From contig JAHFLF010000001.1 in assembly GCA_023255625.1 (NCBI GenBank), positions 94,255-158,254 on the forward strand: a stretch of 64,000 nt of DNA. The letters are read 5' to 3'. Numbering within the stretch: position 1 is the stretch's first letter; each line of letters opens with the position of its first letter. The translations under genes were made by a program, and so were the position numbers. The stretch comes from Candidatus Harrisonbacteria bacterium. GTDB lineage: Bacteria; Patescibacteriota; Minisyncoccia; UBA6257; 1-14-0-10-44-23. Under the pieces are notes generated by a model. The model was not told the DNA's origin. It saw only the letters and a list, made by a program, of their open reading frames with translations, and did no database searches. Of this stretch, positions 1 to 8,622 are shown one piece after another.

Positions 1-219
1 TTTAACTGCCTTCGCCGCAAGATTCACAACATCTTCTTCTTGCGCCACATCAGTCAAAACTGGTAGCGCGCCCAATTCTTTACAAACTTCTTCAAGCTCA
101 GTTTTTGACCGTGCCGCCAAAACTAACTTTGACTTCCGCGAAGCAAAATCCTGCGCAAGGGCCTTCCCTAATCCTTTACTTGCGCCAGTGATGACAACAA
201 CTTTATTTTGTAGAGTCAT
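1..219 (-). CDS. Short-chain dehydrogenase/reductase (SDR) family oxidoreductase, N-terminal part only (rest lies before window start)
   Basis: Reverse-complement translation from ATG at 219 gives MTLQNKVVVITGASKGLGKALAQDFASRKSKLVLAARS..., the TGxxxGxG Rossmann motif of SDRs. Not in the ORF track because it is truncated by the window edge. Confidence 0.6.
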   Translation of the reverse strand, partial: MTLQNKVVVITGASKGLGKALAQDFASRKSKLVLAARSKTELEEVCKELGALPVLTDVAQEEDVVNLAAKAVK

Positions 220-226
220 AGTTGGA

Positions 227-964
227 TTATTCCCCTAATCCTAGAGTTTCGTAGTGTTCTAAATTTTCACACAATTTGATGGCAAGATCGGTTAACCTAA
301 AATTGTGTTCAGCAACTCCACTTCTGTCACTATGCCGTCTTCCAGAAATCAATTTATATTCCATCAACACTCCCTCATCGTGCTCAACGAGACTAGATAA
401 CTTATGTCCCATTCTATTAGCAATATCGCTGAGCCAACCCCCTGCGGAGGCCGGCCCGCCGCCCGGATGTGCTTTTCGTGCTTCAGAGGCAACCTTCAAA
501 ATTAATAACTGAAAACCGCTTAATTTCTTAACAATCTGCAGCAACTGATAGTTGATTAATTCTTCACCCTCATTAACATCCACCGCATTCACAGCAAAAA
601 ACATTGCTTTCACAGCCAAGAATCTTTCCTCGTCAGGAGATTCGCTATCAATAAACTCCAAAATCTCTTTTAGAGTCTGAAAACCGTATTTTGTCTCAGC
701 ATAGTCCTCCTTGATTTTTCCTTTCTCGACTAAAGTATTAATTTCCCTGCCAAACTGTTTCATCAGATTCCCCTTGATTGCACCTTGGACAATTCTTGCT
801 CCCGCAGTAATTAAACCGTTGACGCCTAGCTCAAGTCCACCCGTTATCGCTTCTGCGATTTTAATCTTTGGTTGTTCTAAAAATTGAGCGAGGCTTTTGG
901 AGTCGCGAAAAGGAACTATCTCTAATTTTTCCGAAGGAATCAGTGATTTCTTAATTTTCTTCAT
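227..964 (-). CDS. hypothetical protein (245 aa)
   Basis: Long clean ORF in the track. No motif I can assign. Confidence 0.45.
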   Translation of the reverse strand: MKKIKKSLIPSEKLEIVPFRDSKSLAQFLEQPKIKIAEAITGGLELGVNGLITAGARIVQGAIKGNLMKQFGREINTLVEKGKIKEDYAETKYGFQTLKEILEFIDSESPDEERFLAVKAMFFAVNAVDVNEGEELINYQLLQIVKKLSGFQLLILKVASEARKAHPGGGPASAGGWLSDIANRMGHKLSSLVEHDEGVLMEYKLISGRRHSDRSGVAEHNFRLTDLAIKLCENLEHYETLGLGE

Positions 965-970
965 AAAAAT

Positions 971-989
971 AGCTGCGCTCTCACGGGGA
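971..989. repeat. 19-nt direct copy of the 3' end (T-arm/acceptor) of the downstream tRNA-Glu gene
   Basis: gcgctctcacggggaatcg at 971-989 is identical to 1146-1164 inside the tRNA gene. The copy diverges after ...aatcg. Confidence 0.6.
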
Positions 990-1146
990 ATCGCCCGCGC
1001 CTCTTGTGCTCGTCAGCCACTCGCACAAGGTCTGGGCACCGCCTCCCTCGTTTTTCTTGCTAGAAAAACTCAGTCCGGCGATTCGATTCCCCTTTGAGAA
1101 AACAATAACACAAAAAGACTAGCAGATGCTAGTTTTTTTGTGTTAG

Positions 1147-1219
1147 CGCTCTCACGGGGAATCGAACCCCGATTTCGCCCGTGAGAGGGGCGCTTCCTAA
1201 GCCATTAGAAGATGAGAGC
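1147..1219 (-). tRNA. tRNA-Glu (anticodon CTC)
   Basis: Minus-strand read GCTCTCA TC TTCT AATGGCTT AGGA A CGCCC CTCTCAC GGGCG AAAT CGGGG TTCGATT CCCCG TGAGAGC G. Perfect 7-bp acceptor, T-loop TTCGATT, anticodon loop CTCTCAC with U33/A37. No encoded CCA. Confidence 0.8.
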
Positions 1220-1302
1220 AGTGGAAATATAATACATAATTTTTCACTCAAAGGCAACTTTTAATTGACAAAGGAATATATTAGGTTACATTCTTTTTCT
1301 GC

Positions 1303-1332
1303 TATGTTACAGCGTACTAGTACGCTGTAACA
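1303..1332. repeat. 30-bp perfect palindrome TGTTACAGCGTAC-TAG-TACGCTGTAACA, copy 1 of 2
   Basis: Perfect inverted repeat. An identical palindrome occurs at 14196-14232. It lies ~140 nt 3' of the murF stop. Confidence 0.7.
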
Positions 1333-1468
1333 ATAGATATATCTCAAGAGAAACGGATAGCGGCAAGCTGCTAGGCGGCCCTCTCGCAGGCCGAGGAGGC
1401 CGAGAGGAGTCGCTGCGCGAGCCGCGCGCAGATAGACGGGGCCGGTCTGCAGTTTACCGCTGTCCGTT

Positions 1469-2791
1469 TCATCGCCGCACCAAATCCTCCGGCCCGGCTC
1501 TGCGCAAAACCGCTACGGCCTTTTCCAAATGAATCCCGTGCGAGGCCTTTACCAGCACTAAATCACCTGGCTTGATGAGGGTGGGAAGCTGGCCAAGAAC
1601 CTCATCAACCGATTGCGCTAAAACAATATGTTTCTTGGCAATCTTTCCTTTTGCAGCCATCTCTCCGTATGCCGCAGCGGCGGGGCCAACGGCAATAACT
1701 ACATCAAAGACCTTTGCGGCAAGCTCCCCTATTTTTTTATGCGCAGCCGGTGAAAAACTGCCAAGCTCAAGCATGTCGCCGATAATAGCAACCTTGCGTT
1801 TTGCCTTTATAGATTGCACCGTTTCAATGGCAAGATTCATAGAAAGTGGCGAGGCATTGTAACTATCATCAATCAAAACTGAATCATTGATGCCGCGTAA
1901 AAATTGCATTCGCTGCGCTAGAGGTTTGTAATATAAAAGGGCTTGCGAGATATCCACGAGGTTCATGCTAAAGGCCAGCCCGACGCAGCCGGCGGCGGCG
2001 GCAGAATATGCCTGTGCGGCTCCGAGTGCGCCGTTAATCCGTACCGGCACAAACGCACCGTCGTAGCCCAGCTTAAAAGTAATGCCGATCGGTCGCAACT
2101 CACCATCACGCTCCTCAATCTTATTTTCAAAATCAATAATCCGAATATCGGCTTTCTCGGAAAACCCGTAGGTAAGAGCGGTAGCCCTGGTCTTGTGTTG
2201 CATTGCCAGCACTCGCTGTTCATCAGCATTTAAAATCACTAAGCCGCTGGCCGCCACGGCTTCAACAAGTTTAGATTTTTCTCTCGCCACCTGCTCCGGT
2301 GAATCATAAAATTGAACATGCACCGGCACATCGCCCACCGCTGTAACTACTGCAATATTTGGCTTAACTATGCCGGTCAAATAGGTCAGATCACCCGGCT
2401 TGTCTGCGCCATACTCCAAAACAAGAACCTCCGGATATAAGCCACGCCAACCGAACAACAAACGGAAAAAACTCACGAAGATAACGCGTGCAAAAAAACG
2501 AGCTTTTTGAAAATTGCTGGGCGGTACTGCCACATCTCTACCGATAACCCGCAGGTCTTTTGCCGTCCAGTCACCCAAAATTGTCAGAGCAACTCCGTAC
2601 TCGGCATTAAAATTTCCGACATTGCAACGAGCCCGCTTACGGGTCGCAACAACCGCAAAAATTTGCTCTTTTGTAGAAGTCTTGCCGACGCTACCGGTAA
2701 CGCCAACAACAACCGGTTTAAATTTCCGAATATGCCTGCTCGCTAGCCAGTTAATAATCCTAACCAGCTTATTGATAAGCCACTTTCGCAT
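1469..2791 (-). CDS. murF: UDP-N-acetylmuramoyl-tripeptide--D-alanyl-D-alanine ligase (Mur ligase family, MurF-like)
   Basis: VVGVTGSVGKTSTKE Mur-ligase P-loop. Sits in the dcw cluster downstream of ftsI. Confidence 0.75.
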   Translation of the reverse strand: MRKWLINKLVRIINWLASRHIRKFKPVVVGVTGSVGKTSTKEQIFAVVATRKRARCNVGNFNAEYGVALTILGDWTAKDLRVIGRDVAVPPSNFQKARFFARVIFVSFFRLLFGWRGLYPEVLVLEYGADKPGDLTYLTGIVKPNIAVVTAVGDVPVHVQFYDSPEQVAREKSKLVEAVAASGLVILNADEQRVLAMQHKTRATALTYGFSEKADIRIIDFENKIEERDGELRPIGITFKLGYDGAFVPVRINGALGAAQAYSAAAAGCVGLAFSMNLVDISQALLYYKPLAQRMQFLRGINDSVLIDDSYNASPLSMNLAIETVQSIKAKRKVAIIGDMLELGSFSPAAHKKIGELAAKVFDVVIAVGPAAAAYGEMAAKGKIAKKHIVLAQSVDEVLGQLPTLIKPGDLVLVKASHGIHLEKAVAVLRRAGPEDLVRR

Positions 2792-2851
2792 ATCTTCATC
2801 TTAAACGATGATGCTCAAAGCGCCAAATGCGTCGCGCCCGGACGCTTCTGG

Positions 2852-4489
2852 CTACCGGCCCGAACGGTCGGGCGCGACGGTATAATAATTTAAAATAAAC
2901 TCCGCCAGTTCGCGGAAGGCCGGCACAACTGTGGTTCCGGCTAGCGGCGCATCCTTTGGTTCGTCGAGCTTTATCAGAGCAATGAAACGCGGTTTTGAGG
3001 CCGGCGCAAATCCTATATAAGTGTTAATCACCTTGTCGGTGTAACCACCTTTTTGAAAATCGGGCTTGAAAGCTGTTCCCGTTTTACCGGCCACCGCGTA
3101 TTGCGGCAAATCGGCTACTTTGGCCTTTTGTACCGCCGAAACCATCATCTGCGTAACCTGCGCGGCTGTTTCAGTGCTAATCACTCTGCGAGATGTTTTC
3201 AGCTGTGCGCCTTCAAGAATATACGGCTCCACAAGCACTCCTCCGTTTGCGATAGCACCTAACGCAGAAATCAAACGAATCGGAGTAACCGCCACGCCCT
3301 GCCCATACGAAGCGGTGGCAAAGTTAATATCCCGCGGATATTTTTCGAGTGGTGTGAGTCGACCGGTAGTTTCGCCCGGTAGCTCGATGCCCGTAAGCTC
3401 CTTGATGCCGAACTTCAATAAATATTCATAAAACTTTTTGTGCCCAATCTTTTTTTCGGCAAAAACTGTACCGGTATTAACCGACTGTTCAATCACATTG
3501 GTCATTGTTAATGTACCGTGCGCTTTTAAATCCCAATTTTTAATCGTCTTACCGTCAGCCGTAAAAAAGCCGGGATCATAATAAGTAGTATCCGGAGTAA
3601 TCGCGCCGGTATCAATCCCGATCGCCATAGTAATCGGCTTAAAAACTGACCCGGGCTCATATAGACCCTGGACAGTCGGGTTGGTGAAAGTCATAAGTGG
3701 ACTTTGGGCATAATTGTTCGGATCAAAGGTCGGCGAATTAGCCATGGCCAAAACCTTGCCAGTAGATGGTTCAAGAACGATGACGCTGCCGCCGATTGCT
3801 CCTTTGCTTAAAACCAGATCGTCTAAAATTTGTTCTGCCCGCTGCTCAATGTTTTGATCAATCGTCAATTTTATTTCCCTGCCCGGCTGGGGTGCAATGA
3901 CTGTCTGATCATCCTGAACTTGGCCAGCGACACCGCCGAGCGCCTCATCCCAATACTGCTCAATACCATACTGACCAACGGCCGGATGTGCTTCGTCTGG
4001 CTGACTGACAAAACCAACTACTTGTGAAGCGAGCCGGCCGAAAGGATATTGCCGAGCCCGCCGGGTCGTCGTATATATCCCCTTCACTGCCTGCTGTTCC
4101 ACGGATGCAACCTGGACATCAGTGGCTTTTGCAATCAGCTCTTCGTACTGATCGCCAGGTTTAGAGAATCTAGTAATCAATTCGTCAACCGGAATATCCA
4201 CCAACTCCGAAATTTGTCCGGCCGCCTCTGCGGCATCTTCAATTTCCTTAGGTACAGCAAAAATAACTTGATGATCTTGGTTTACCGCCAGCGGTATTGA
4301 TCGCCCGTCTTTATCCGAAATCGAGATTGCACCGCGCTCGGCAATGAGGTCAGTCCGCAGCCGCTGCTGTGCATTTGCCCGCGCAGTATAAAGATCCTGC
4401 TGCATTACCTGCATATGATACAGAGTGCCGATCAAAAACAAAAAACAGCAGGCAATGCCAAAAAAAATAACTGCAAACCGAACCTTCAT
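2852..4489 (-). CDS. ftsI: Penicillin-binding protein 2 / FtsI-type peptidoglycan transpeptidase
   Basis: N-terminal TM anchor plus the transpeptidase motifs SVFK (SxxK) and KTGT. Follows ftsL in the dcw cluster. Confidence 0.85.
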   Translation of the reverse strand: MKVRFAVIFFGIACCFLFLIGTLYHMQVMQQDLYTARANAQQRLRTDLIAERGAISISDKDGRSIPLAVNQDHQVIFAVPKEIEDAAEAAGQISELVDIPVDELITRFSKPGDQYEELIAKATDVQVASVEQQAVKGIYTTTRRARQYPFGRLASQVVGFVSQPDEAHPAVGQYGIEQYWDEALGGVAGQVQDDQTVIAPQPGREIKLTIDQNIEQRAEQILDDLVLSKGAIGGSVIVLEPSTGKVLAMANSPTFDPNNYAQSPLMTFTNPTVQGLYEPGSVFKPITMAIGIDTGAITPDTTYYDPGFFTADGKTIKNWDLKAHGTLTMTNVIEQSVNTGTVFAEKKIGHKKFYEYLLKFGIKELTGIELPGETTGRLTPLEKYPRDINFATASYGQGVAVTPIRLISALGAIANGGVLVEPYILEGAQLKTSRRVISTETAAQVTQMMVSAVQKAKVADLPQYAVAGKTGTAFKPDFQKGGYTDKVINTYIGFAPASKPRFIALIKLDEPKDAPLAGTTVVPAFRELAEFILNYYTVAPDRSGR

Positions 4490-4821
4490 GGTTTAAAAAA
4501 AGTTACCCGTTGATCGTCGCGAACCGACCCGTCTGCCAAAAATGTAAGATAGCCGGGATTACTGTCTTTGATGTAACCAAGCCGCTCAACTGCTATGGTC
4601 AAAGAGCGGCTATCAATCAAAGTGTACAAATCATTTTTCAATTTTGTGTTTTCAACTTTCAATGTGTCAACTGATTTTACATACTGACTTGCTCTTTGGC
4701 GCCCGTCGACCATCCGATTGTATAAAAAAATGCTCGCCAGACAAAATACCACCATCGCCCCCAGCAATACCTTGATTGCGCGGGCTGAATATCGTCCTGG
4801 TTTAGAGTGGGAAATGGTCAT
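4486..4821 (-). CDS. ftsL: Cell division protein FtsL-like (small bitopic membrane protein)
   Basis: 111 aa, single TM, coiled-coil region. Positioned between rsmH and ftsI. Overlaps the ftsI start by 4 nt. Confidence 0.5.
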   Translation of the reverse strand: MTISHSKPGRYSARAIKVLLGAMVVFCLASIFLYNRMVDGRQRASQYVKSVDTLKVENTKLKNDLYTLIDSRSLTIAVERLGYIKDSNPGYLTFLADGSVRDDQRVTFFKP

Positions 4822-4861
4822 AGAGCTACGAATAACGAATTTTTACGAAAGTACGAAGAAA

Positions 4862-5854
4862 TCATAGAAATCGGATTGCTCGGAGCTTTGCTGAACGAGA
4901 GCGTGGATTTGCAGCTAACTCTTGCTCGCTCGCTGTTATCGGCTTTTTAGTAATCAATTGCGCCGCTAGTCCCGACGCAACGACGGAGTTCGGTGTCTCC
5001 CCAGAATGGGCTAAACCGCTGTTGCGGTCGCCACGCACCGAACGCCCGTCGTTATTTCGCACTAGCTGCTGAAAATGATGTTTAACGATTCTGTCCTCGA
5101 GCGAATGAAAGCTGATCACGGCGACACGACCGCCTTTCGCCATCATCTCCGGCAGCCGCCCGAGCAGCTCCTCGAGCTGACGCAACTCGCCGTTTGTATA
5201 AATCCGGAGCGCCTGGAAAGTGCGCGTCGCGGGATTAATTCGACCGTTTTCATAATTAGCCGGCACAGCTTTCTTGATCGCAGCTACTAGTTGTCCGGTT
5301 GTTGCAATCCCCTCATGTCTGGCGGCGCTTGCTATGCAATTTGCAATTTGCCCGCTGTATCGCTCCTCGCCATATTCGCGGATGATCGCAGCTAAATCTT
5401 TCTCGGACAACTCGGCCAGAAGTTCGGCAAGCGGCCGGGTATTATCGTCATAAGTCATGAGCAGCGGCTCGTCGGTCATGAAGCTAAACCCTCGGCCGGA
5501 CAAAGTTCCACCGGTAATCTGTTCTGAAGAAAAACCCAGGTCGATCAATAAACCATCTAGTTTATTGATCCCGAACCGTTTCATCAGTTCCGGCAGCTGC
5601 ACATAATTTGCTGGCTCAATCAACAAACGAACGGTGGTCTGCGGCTGCAAAGTTTTTGCAGCTTGCTCTATCGCCCGCCGGTCGCGATCGACTGCCAAAA
5701 GTGTTCCACCGGGCTTGCCCGCCGCGGCGGGCGTTATGCGCACTAGTATTTCTCGGGCGTGCCCTCCGCCGCCAAGCGTACCGTCAGCAAAAATCTCGCC
5801 GGGCTTTGGCTCGAGAACCTCTAACACTTCTTGTAAAAGAACGGGAATGTGCAT
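4862..5854 (-). CDS. rsmH: 16S rRNA (cytosine1402-N4)-methyltransferase RsmH (MraW)
   Basis: MHIPVLLQEVLE... with GTLGGGGHAR SAM-binding motif. Conserved position after mraZ. Confidence 0.9.
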   Translation of the reverse strand: MHIPVLLQEVLEVLEPKPGEIFADGTLGGGGHAREILVRITPAAAGKPGGTLLAVDRDRRAIEQAAKTLQPQTTVRLLIEPANYVQLPELMKRFGINKLDGLLIDLGFSSEQITGGTLSGRGFSFMTDEPLLMTYDDNTRPLAELLAELSEKDLAAIIREYGEERYSGQIANCIASAARHEGIATTGQLVAAIKKAVPANYENGRINPATRTFQALRIYTNGELRQLEELLGRLPEMMAKGGRVAVISFHSLEDRIVKHHFQQLVRNNDGRSVRGDRNSGLAHSGETPNSVVASGLAAQLITKKPITASEQELAANPRSRSAKLRAIRFL

Positions 5855-5860
5855 GCTGGT

Positions 5861-5945
5861 TAGTTAGTTGACTGGTTAGCTGGTTAGTTCGTCGTCTTGG
5901 GTAATCAGTTTTTACTAATTAACCAACTAACGAACTAACTAATTA
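5861..5945. repeat. TTAGTTAG/CTAACTAA-type intergenic inverted-repeat hairpin
   Basis: ctggttagttagttgactggttagctggttagttcg ... ctaattaaccaactaacgaactaactaattaactaa. Arms built from ggttagtt units. Same family recurs at 17981-18068, 27111-27150, 34880-34920, 53068-53165, 53830-53870. Confidence 0.6.
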
Positions 5946-5946
5946 A

Positions 5947-6381
5947 CTAAATCCCTAGTTCCCCCAACCGCTCCGCAATCTCACTCGGCGCAGATTCAAT
6001 CTTTGCTTTGTCTGCGTTCCACGCATCTTCGTCCCAGATCTCTAAGCGGCTATACACGCCGGCAATAACCGCCATTTTTTTGAGGCCTGCGTAGGTACGC
6101 AAAAACTCCGGCACAAGCACGCGACCCTGCGAATCAAGCTCAACCTCGCTTGCACCGGCCAGCATCAAACGCTGAAACGAACGCGCATTAGGATTTGTAA
6201 ACGGCATGGCTTTAATTTTCTGCGCCATTTGCTCCCACTCTGGTTGCGTGAAAACATACAAACACTTATCAAGACCACGCGTGATCACGGCATGCTGGCT
6301 CAAATCAGAACGAAACTTCGCCGGCACCGCCAGCCGTCCTTTGTCGTCTATAGAGTGTTTGTATTCGCCGATGAATGCCAT
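5947..6381 (-). CDS. mraZ: Transcriptional regulator MraZ
   Basis: MAFIGEYKHSIDDKGRLAVPAKFR..., duplicated MraZ fold. First gene of the dcw cluster. Confidence 0.85.
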   Translation of the reverse strand: MAFIGEYKHSIDDKGRLAVPAKFRSDLSQHAVITRGLDKCLYVFTQPEWEQMAQKIKAMPFTNPNARSFQRLMLAGASEVELDSQGRVLVPEFLRTYAGLKKMAVIAGVYSRLEIWDEDAWNADKAKIESAPSEIAERLGELGI

Positions 6382-6427
6382 GCCGATTATTTCTAAATTT
6401 TTGAGCTTTGCGATAAAAATTTTGCTA

Positions 6428-6689
6428 AAGAATCGAGCACCCCGCCCCTACACACCAAGCCTCTTTCGCAGATTGCGCCAACCGCCGCCATACTGCTTCA
6501 AGGTCAGTTCTCGCTCACGCGCTAAATCTTGGGTCGCGTAAGCTTCGTAATACAACAGCTTCCATCCCTTATGCTGGTTACGCCCATGCTCAACGAGGCG
6601 GCGGCGCAAATCTGCTGTATAACCGATGTAGAAATTTTTTGGTGGTGAAGTGAGAATATATAGGTAAAACATATTGGTGTAGGGGCGGG
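6428..6689. repeat. 15-17-bp inverted repeats bracketing the GIY-YIG gene
   Basis: ccccgcccctacacacc at ~6428-6445 and ggtgtaggggcgggg at ~6675-6689 are reverse complements. The 74-aa GIY-YIG ORF lies exactly between them. Confidence 0.6.
6448..6672 (-). CDS. GIY-YIG nuclease family protein (UPF0213/YhbQ-like, 74 aa)
   Basis: FYLYILTSPPKNFYIGYTADLRRRLVEHGRNQHKG...YGGGWRNLRKRL matches the GIY...YIG...R..H core. Confidence 0.7.
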   Translation of the reverse strand: MFYLYILTSPPKNFYIGYTADLRRRLVEHGRNQHKGWKLLYYEAYATQDLARERELTLKQYGGGWRNLRKRLGV

Positions 6690-6863
6690 GTAACTAGTTT
6701 GTGGTTGCTCGGATACTCGCAAACAAACTAAGTTATCCCCTGATTTCGTACTTATCCCCACCTTTCTCCACAGTTCCCCACTCACACTCCGAGTATGCCA
6801 CACTCTCCCACAGCGTCAAACCTAAACTGTGGATAGCTTGTGTACAAAAAATCCCCGCCGAAC

Positions 6864-6903
6864 AGGAAATGTCCGGTGGGGAATTTTTATGACTTATTTA
6901 ACT
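6864..6903. terminator. Bidirectional intrinsic terminator (A-run, GC hairpin, T-run)
   Basis: aaaaaatccccgccgaacaggaaatgtccggtggggaattttt: stem tccccgccg / cggtgggga flanked by A6 and T5. Immediately 3' of the 6913..7161 (-) gene. Confidence 0.55.
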
Positions 6904-6912
6904 AAACTATCT

Positions 6913-7161
6913 TTATTTAAAAAGTTTGTGATACCAGCGAACAAATATTGTCTTTATAAAATTTTCTGCTCCCTTCGAAGCATTCTCATTTTTGACCTCC
7001 TTGCGCATTTGCGTATAATCATTTGGCAAAGCATTGACCTCGTGCCGTGCAAAATCAAAAATCTTTTTTATGCCAGCGATCGTAAATACAAAAACGCCGA
7101 TCCAATACAAAATCCATGCACCGATAATGCCGGCCAGAATCCATAGAATGGTTGAAAGCAT
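6913..7161 (-). CDS. small membrane protein, hypothetical (82 aa)
   Basis: N-terminal hydrophobic helix-rich ORF followed by the terminator. Confidence 0.4.
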   Translation of the reverse strand: MLSTILWILAGIIGAWILYWIGVFVFTIAGIKKIFDFARHEVNALPNDYTQMRKEVKNENASKGAENFIKTIFVRWYHKLFK

Positions 7162-7263
7162 TGAGTAATATTAATACGCCCGTTTCGTTATAGCAATCAA
7201 GGAAAGCTCTTTAACATAACTTCAATCCTGCGCTCGCGCTGGGATTCTTTCAACCCTGAAGAT

Positions 7264-7330
7264 GTGCGCTCCGATTTTTAAGACCATCCCGAAGGGTGAG
7301 CCCGGTCTTAAAAATCGGAGCGCACATCAA
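7264..7330. repeat. 24-bp perfect palindrome with 18-nt loop
   Basis: gatgtgcgctccgatttttaagacc-atcccgaagggtgagccc-ggtcttaaaaatcggagcgcacatc, followed by A6. The track ORF 7262..7609 that covers it is probably not real. Confidence 0.6.
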
Positions 7331-7453
7331 AAAATCAATCCCTGCTCTGGCGCAGGAGGGAGTCGTCAACAATTAGTTGACGGATTGCGATGCCCGGAAG
7401 AATTTCGGGCAAGGTCACGCGATCTCAAAAACACTCTGCCCTGCTCATTGCAT

Positions 7454-7609
7454 ATGAGCAAAGCAATTGGTTTGATGATCGTGATCATCACCTTCGCCAT
7501 CTTTCTGCCGAATGTCTTTCATTCGGTTGAAACTCTGCTCCTGAAGTCGCTCGAGCTTGCCAACGCATCGCTCGACAACCTCGCTTCTATTGGACACCTT
7601 GTTCAGTAG
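7454..7609 (+). CDS. small membrane protein, hypothetical (51 aa)
   Basis: ATG at 7454: MSKAIGLMIVIITFAIFLPNVFHSVE..., one TM helix, ends 2 nt before a canonical terminator. Below the ORF-track size cutoff. Confidence 0.3.
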   Translation: MSKAIGLMIVIITFAIFLPNVFHSVETLLLKSLELANASLDNLASIGHLVQ

Positions 7610-7610
7610 A

Positions 7611-7645
7611 GCTTGAGCACACAACCACCCTTCCGGTGGTTGTGC
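7611..7645 (+). terminator. Rho-independent terminator
   Basis: gagcacacaaccaccc ttcc ggtggttgtgctc gttttt: 13-bp GC-rich stem plus T-run. Confidence 0.65.
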
Positions 7646-7651
7646 TCGTTT

Positions 7652-8194
7652 TTACGAATTCTCAATCCAAAATCGCATTTTGCGCGGCGTACCCTCGCCG
7701 ACGTCAAGAACATTTTCAAGTTTACCACCGCAGGATTCAATAATTTTGCGTGACGGCTCATTTGTTTCGTCGCAGGTAAGCAGCACCCGCGTAATTCCAA
7801 GAGAACGAGCAATCGGAAGCGCCTGCTCTAAAAGTAATTTTCCATATCCTCTCCTGCGTGCCCATGGCACAACATCATAGCCAATGTGCCCGCCCGTGCT
7901 CGCTAATTTTTCACTCAGCACGTGGCGGATGCTTACCCGACCCGCATACTTACCGTCAACAATCAGCCAGCGAGTGGTTGCCGGAACATGCTCACCATCT
8001 TTCGTGCGCCACCCATTATCAAATCGGTCGTGAAGGTGTGTAGCAAAATCCCGCTCCACCTCTTCAAGGTTGACTTCTAGATACCGCCCTTCTTGCTGAA
8101 GCTCCCGAATACCAGCAATATAACTTTCCTTATACTGCTGCGATGGCGGAACCAGCTGAACTCCTTTTTCAAAATTTTCTAATGTTCCTGACAT
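7652..8194 (-). CDS. GNAT family N-acetyltransferase
   Basis: RRRGYGKLLLEQALPIARSLG acetyl-CoA binding motif A. Start placed at MSGTLENF (M22 of the track ORF); the longer N-extension is less likely. Confidence 0.65.
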   Translation of the reverse strand: MSGTLENFEKGVQLVPPSQQYKESYIAGIRELQQEGRYLEVNLEEVERDFATHLHDRFDNGWRTKDGEHVPATTRWLIVDGKYAGRVSIRHVLSEKLASTGGHIGYDVVPWARRRGYGKLLLEQALPIARSLGITRVLLTCDETNEPSRKIIESCGGKLENVLDVGEGTPRKMRFWIENS

Positions 8195-8263
8195 AGTGCG
8201 CGTTGCTGGGATCGGACCAGCGGCCTTTTCAACTTCGCCCCGTACCGTGATGGGCATACTTTG

Positions 8264-8335
8264 TGGGCACTACAGGGATTGAACCTGTGACCTTTCCAAT
8301 GTGAATGGAACGCTCTACCACTGAGCTAAGTGCCC
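8264..8335 (-). tRNA. tRNA-Val (anticodon CAC)
   Basis: Minus read GGGCACT TA GCTC AGTGGTA GAGC G TTCCA TTCACAT TGGAA AGGTC ACAGG TTCAATC CCTGT AGTGCCC A. Canonical cloverleaf, U33 and A37. Confidence 0.8.
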
Positions 8336-8436
8336 ATCTCTGGTACGGGGTGTGAACCCCAGTAGTAGAACCTACTGGTTCACTACGGGGCACGGTGAAA
8401 CGCTCTACCACTGAGCTAAAGACGCCCTTCTTCGCT
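8336..8436 (-). pseudogene. tRNA-like 5' fragment (GGCGTCTTTAGCTCAGTGGTAGAGCGTT...) plus conserved 34-nt hairpin; no matching 3' half
   Basis: The 5' half (acceptor GGCGTCT, D-arm identical to tRNA-Val) is followed by hairpin CCCCGTAGTGAACCAGTAGGTTCTACTACTGGGG (8357-8390). No complementary AGACGCC acceptor strand is present. Fragment gcgaag.agGGCGTCTTTAGC repeats again at 8531-8553. Confidence 0.35.
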
Positions 8437-8622
8437 TGGTTTGGTAACCAAGCTTCGCAAGGGCAAGCAACAATGAATATCACTGCTTGTCCCTCCGGAG
8501 CTTGAGTGCCAACGAGAGCGTAGGGGGAAGCTAAAGACGCCCTACTTCGCTAAACCCTACTGAAGCTTCGCAGGGCAAGCGTAGAACGAGTATAAACAAA
8601 AGAAACCCTTTATTCAAGCAAA

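Noticed and set aside
971-1219. Prophage or genomic island integrated at tRNA-Glu
   Set aside because: The duplicated 19-mer is only 157 bp from the gene and no integrase is nearby. At most a scar of a past event.
1355-1468. 33-aa GC-rich ORF overlapping the murF stop (ATGA) in a hairpin-rich stretch
   Set aside because: Too short, no RBS, composition unlike neighbours. More likely a structured 3' UTR or terminator region.
7262-7609. 115-aa + strand track ORF
   Set aside because: Its 5' half is the 24-bp perfect palindrome. Only the 3' 51 codons (from ATG 7454) look like a plausible small membrane protein.
8336-8436. Intron-containing or split functional tRNA (anticodon GTG, His-like) upstream of tRNA-Val
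   Set aside because: The 5' half is perfect, but no complementary 3' acceptor strand (AGACGCC) or T-arm exists downstream. Anticodon stem cannot be closed without ad hoc gaps.
8229-8483. 84-aa track ORF on minus strand
   Set aside because: Lies entirely over tRNA-Val and the tRNA-like fragment; its amino acid sequence simply mirrors tRNA structure. Same reasoning for 44248..44514 (over tRNA-Leu) and 53861..54055 (over tRNA-Gly).
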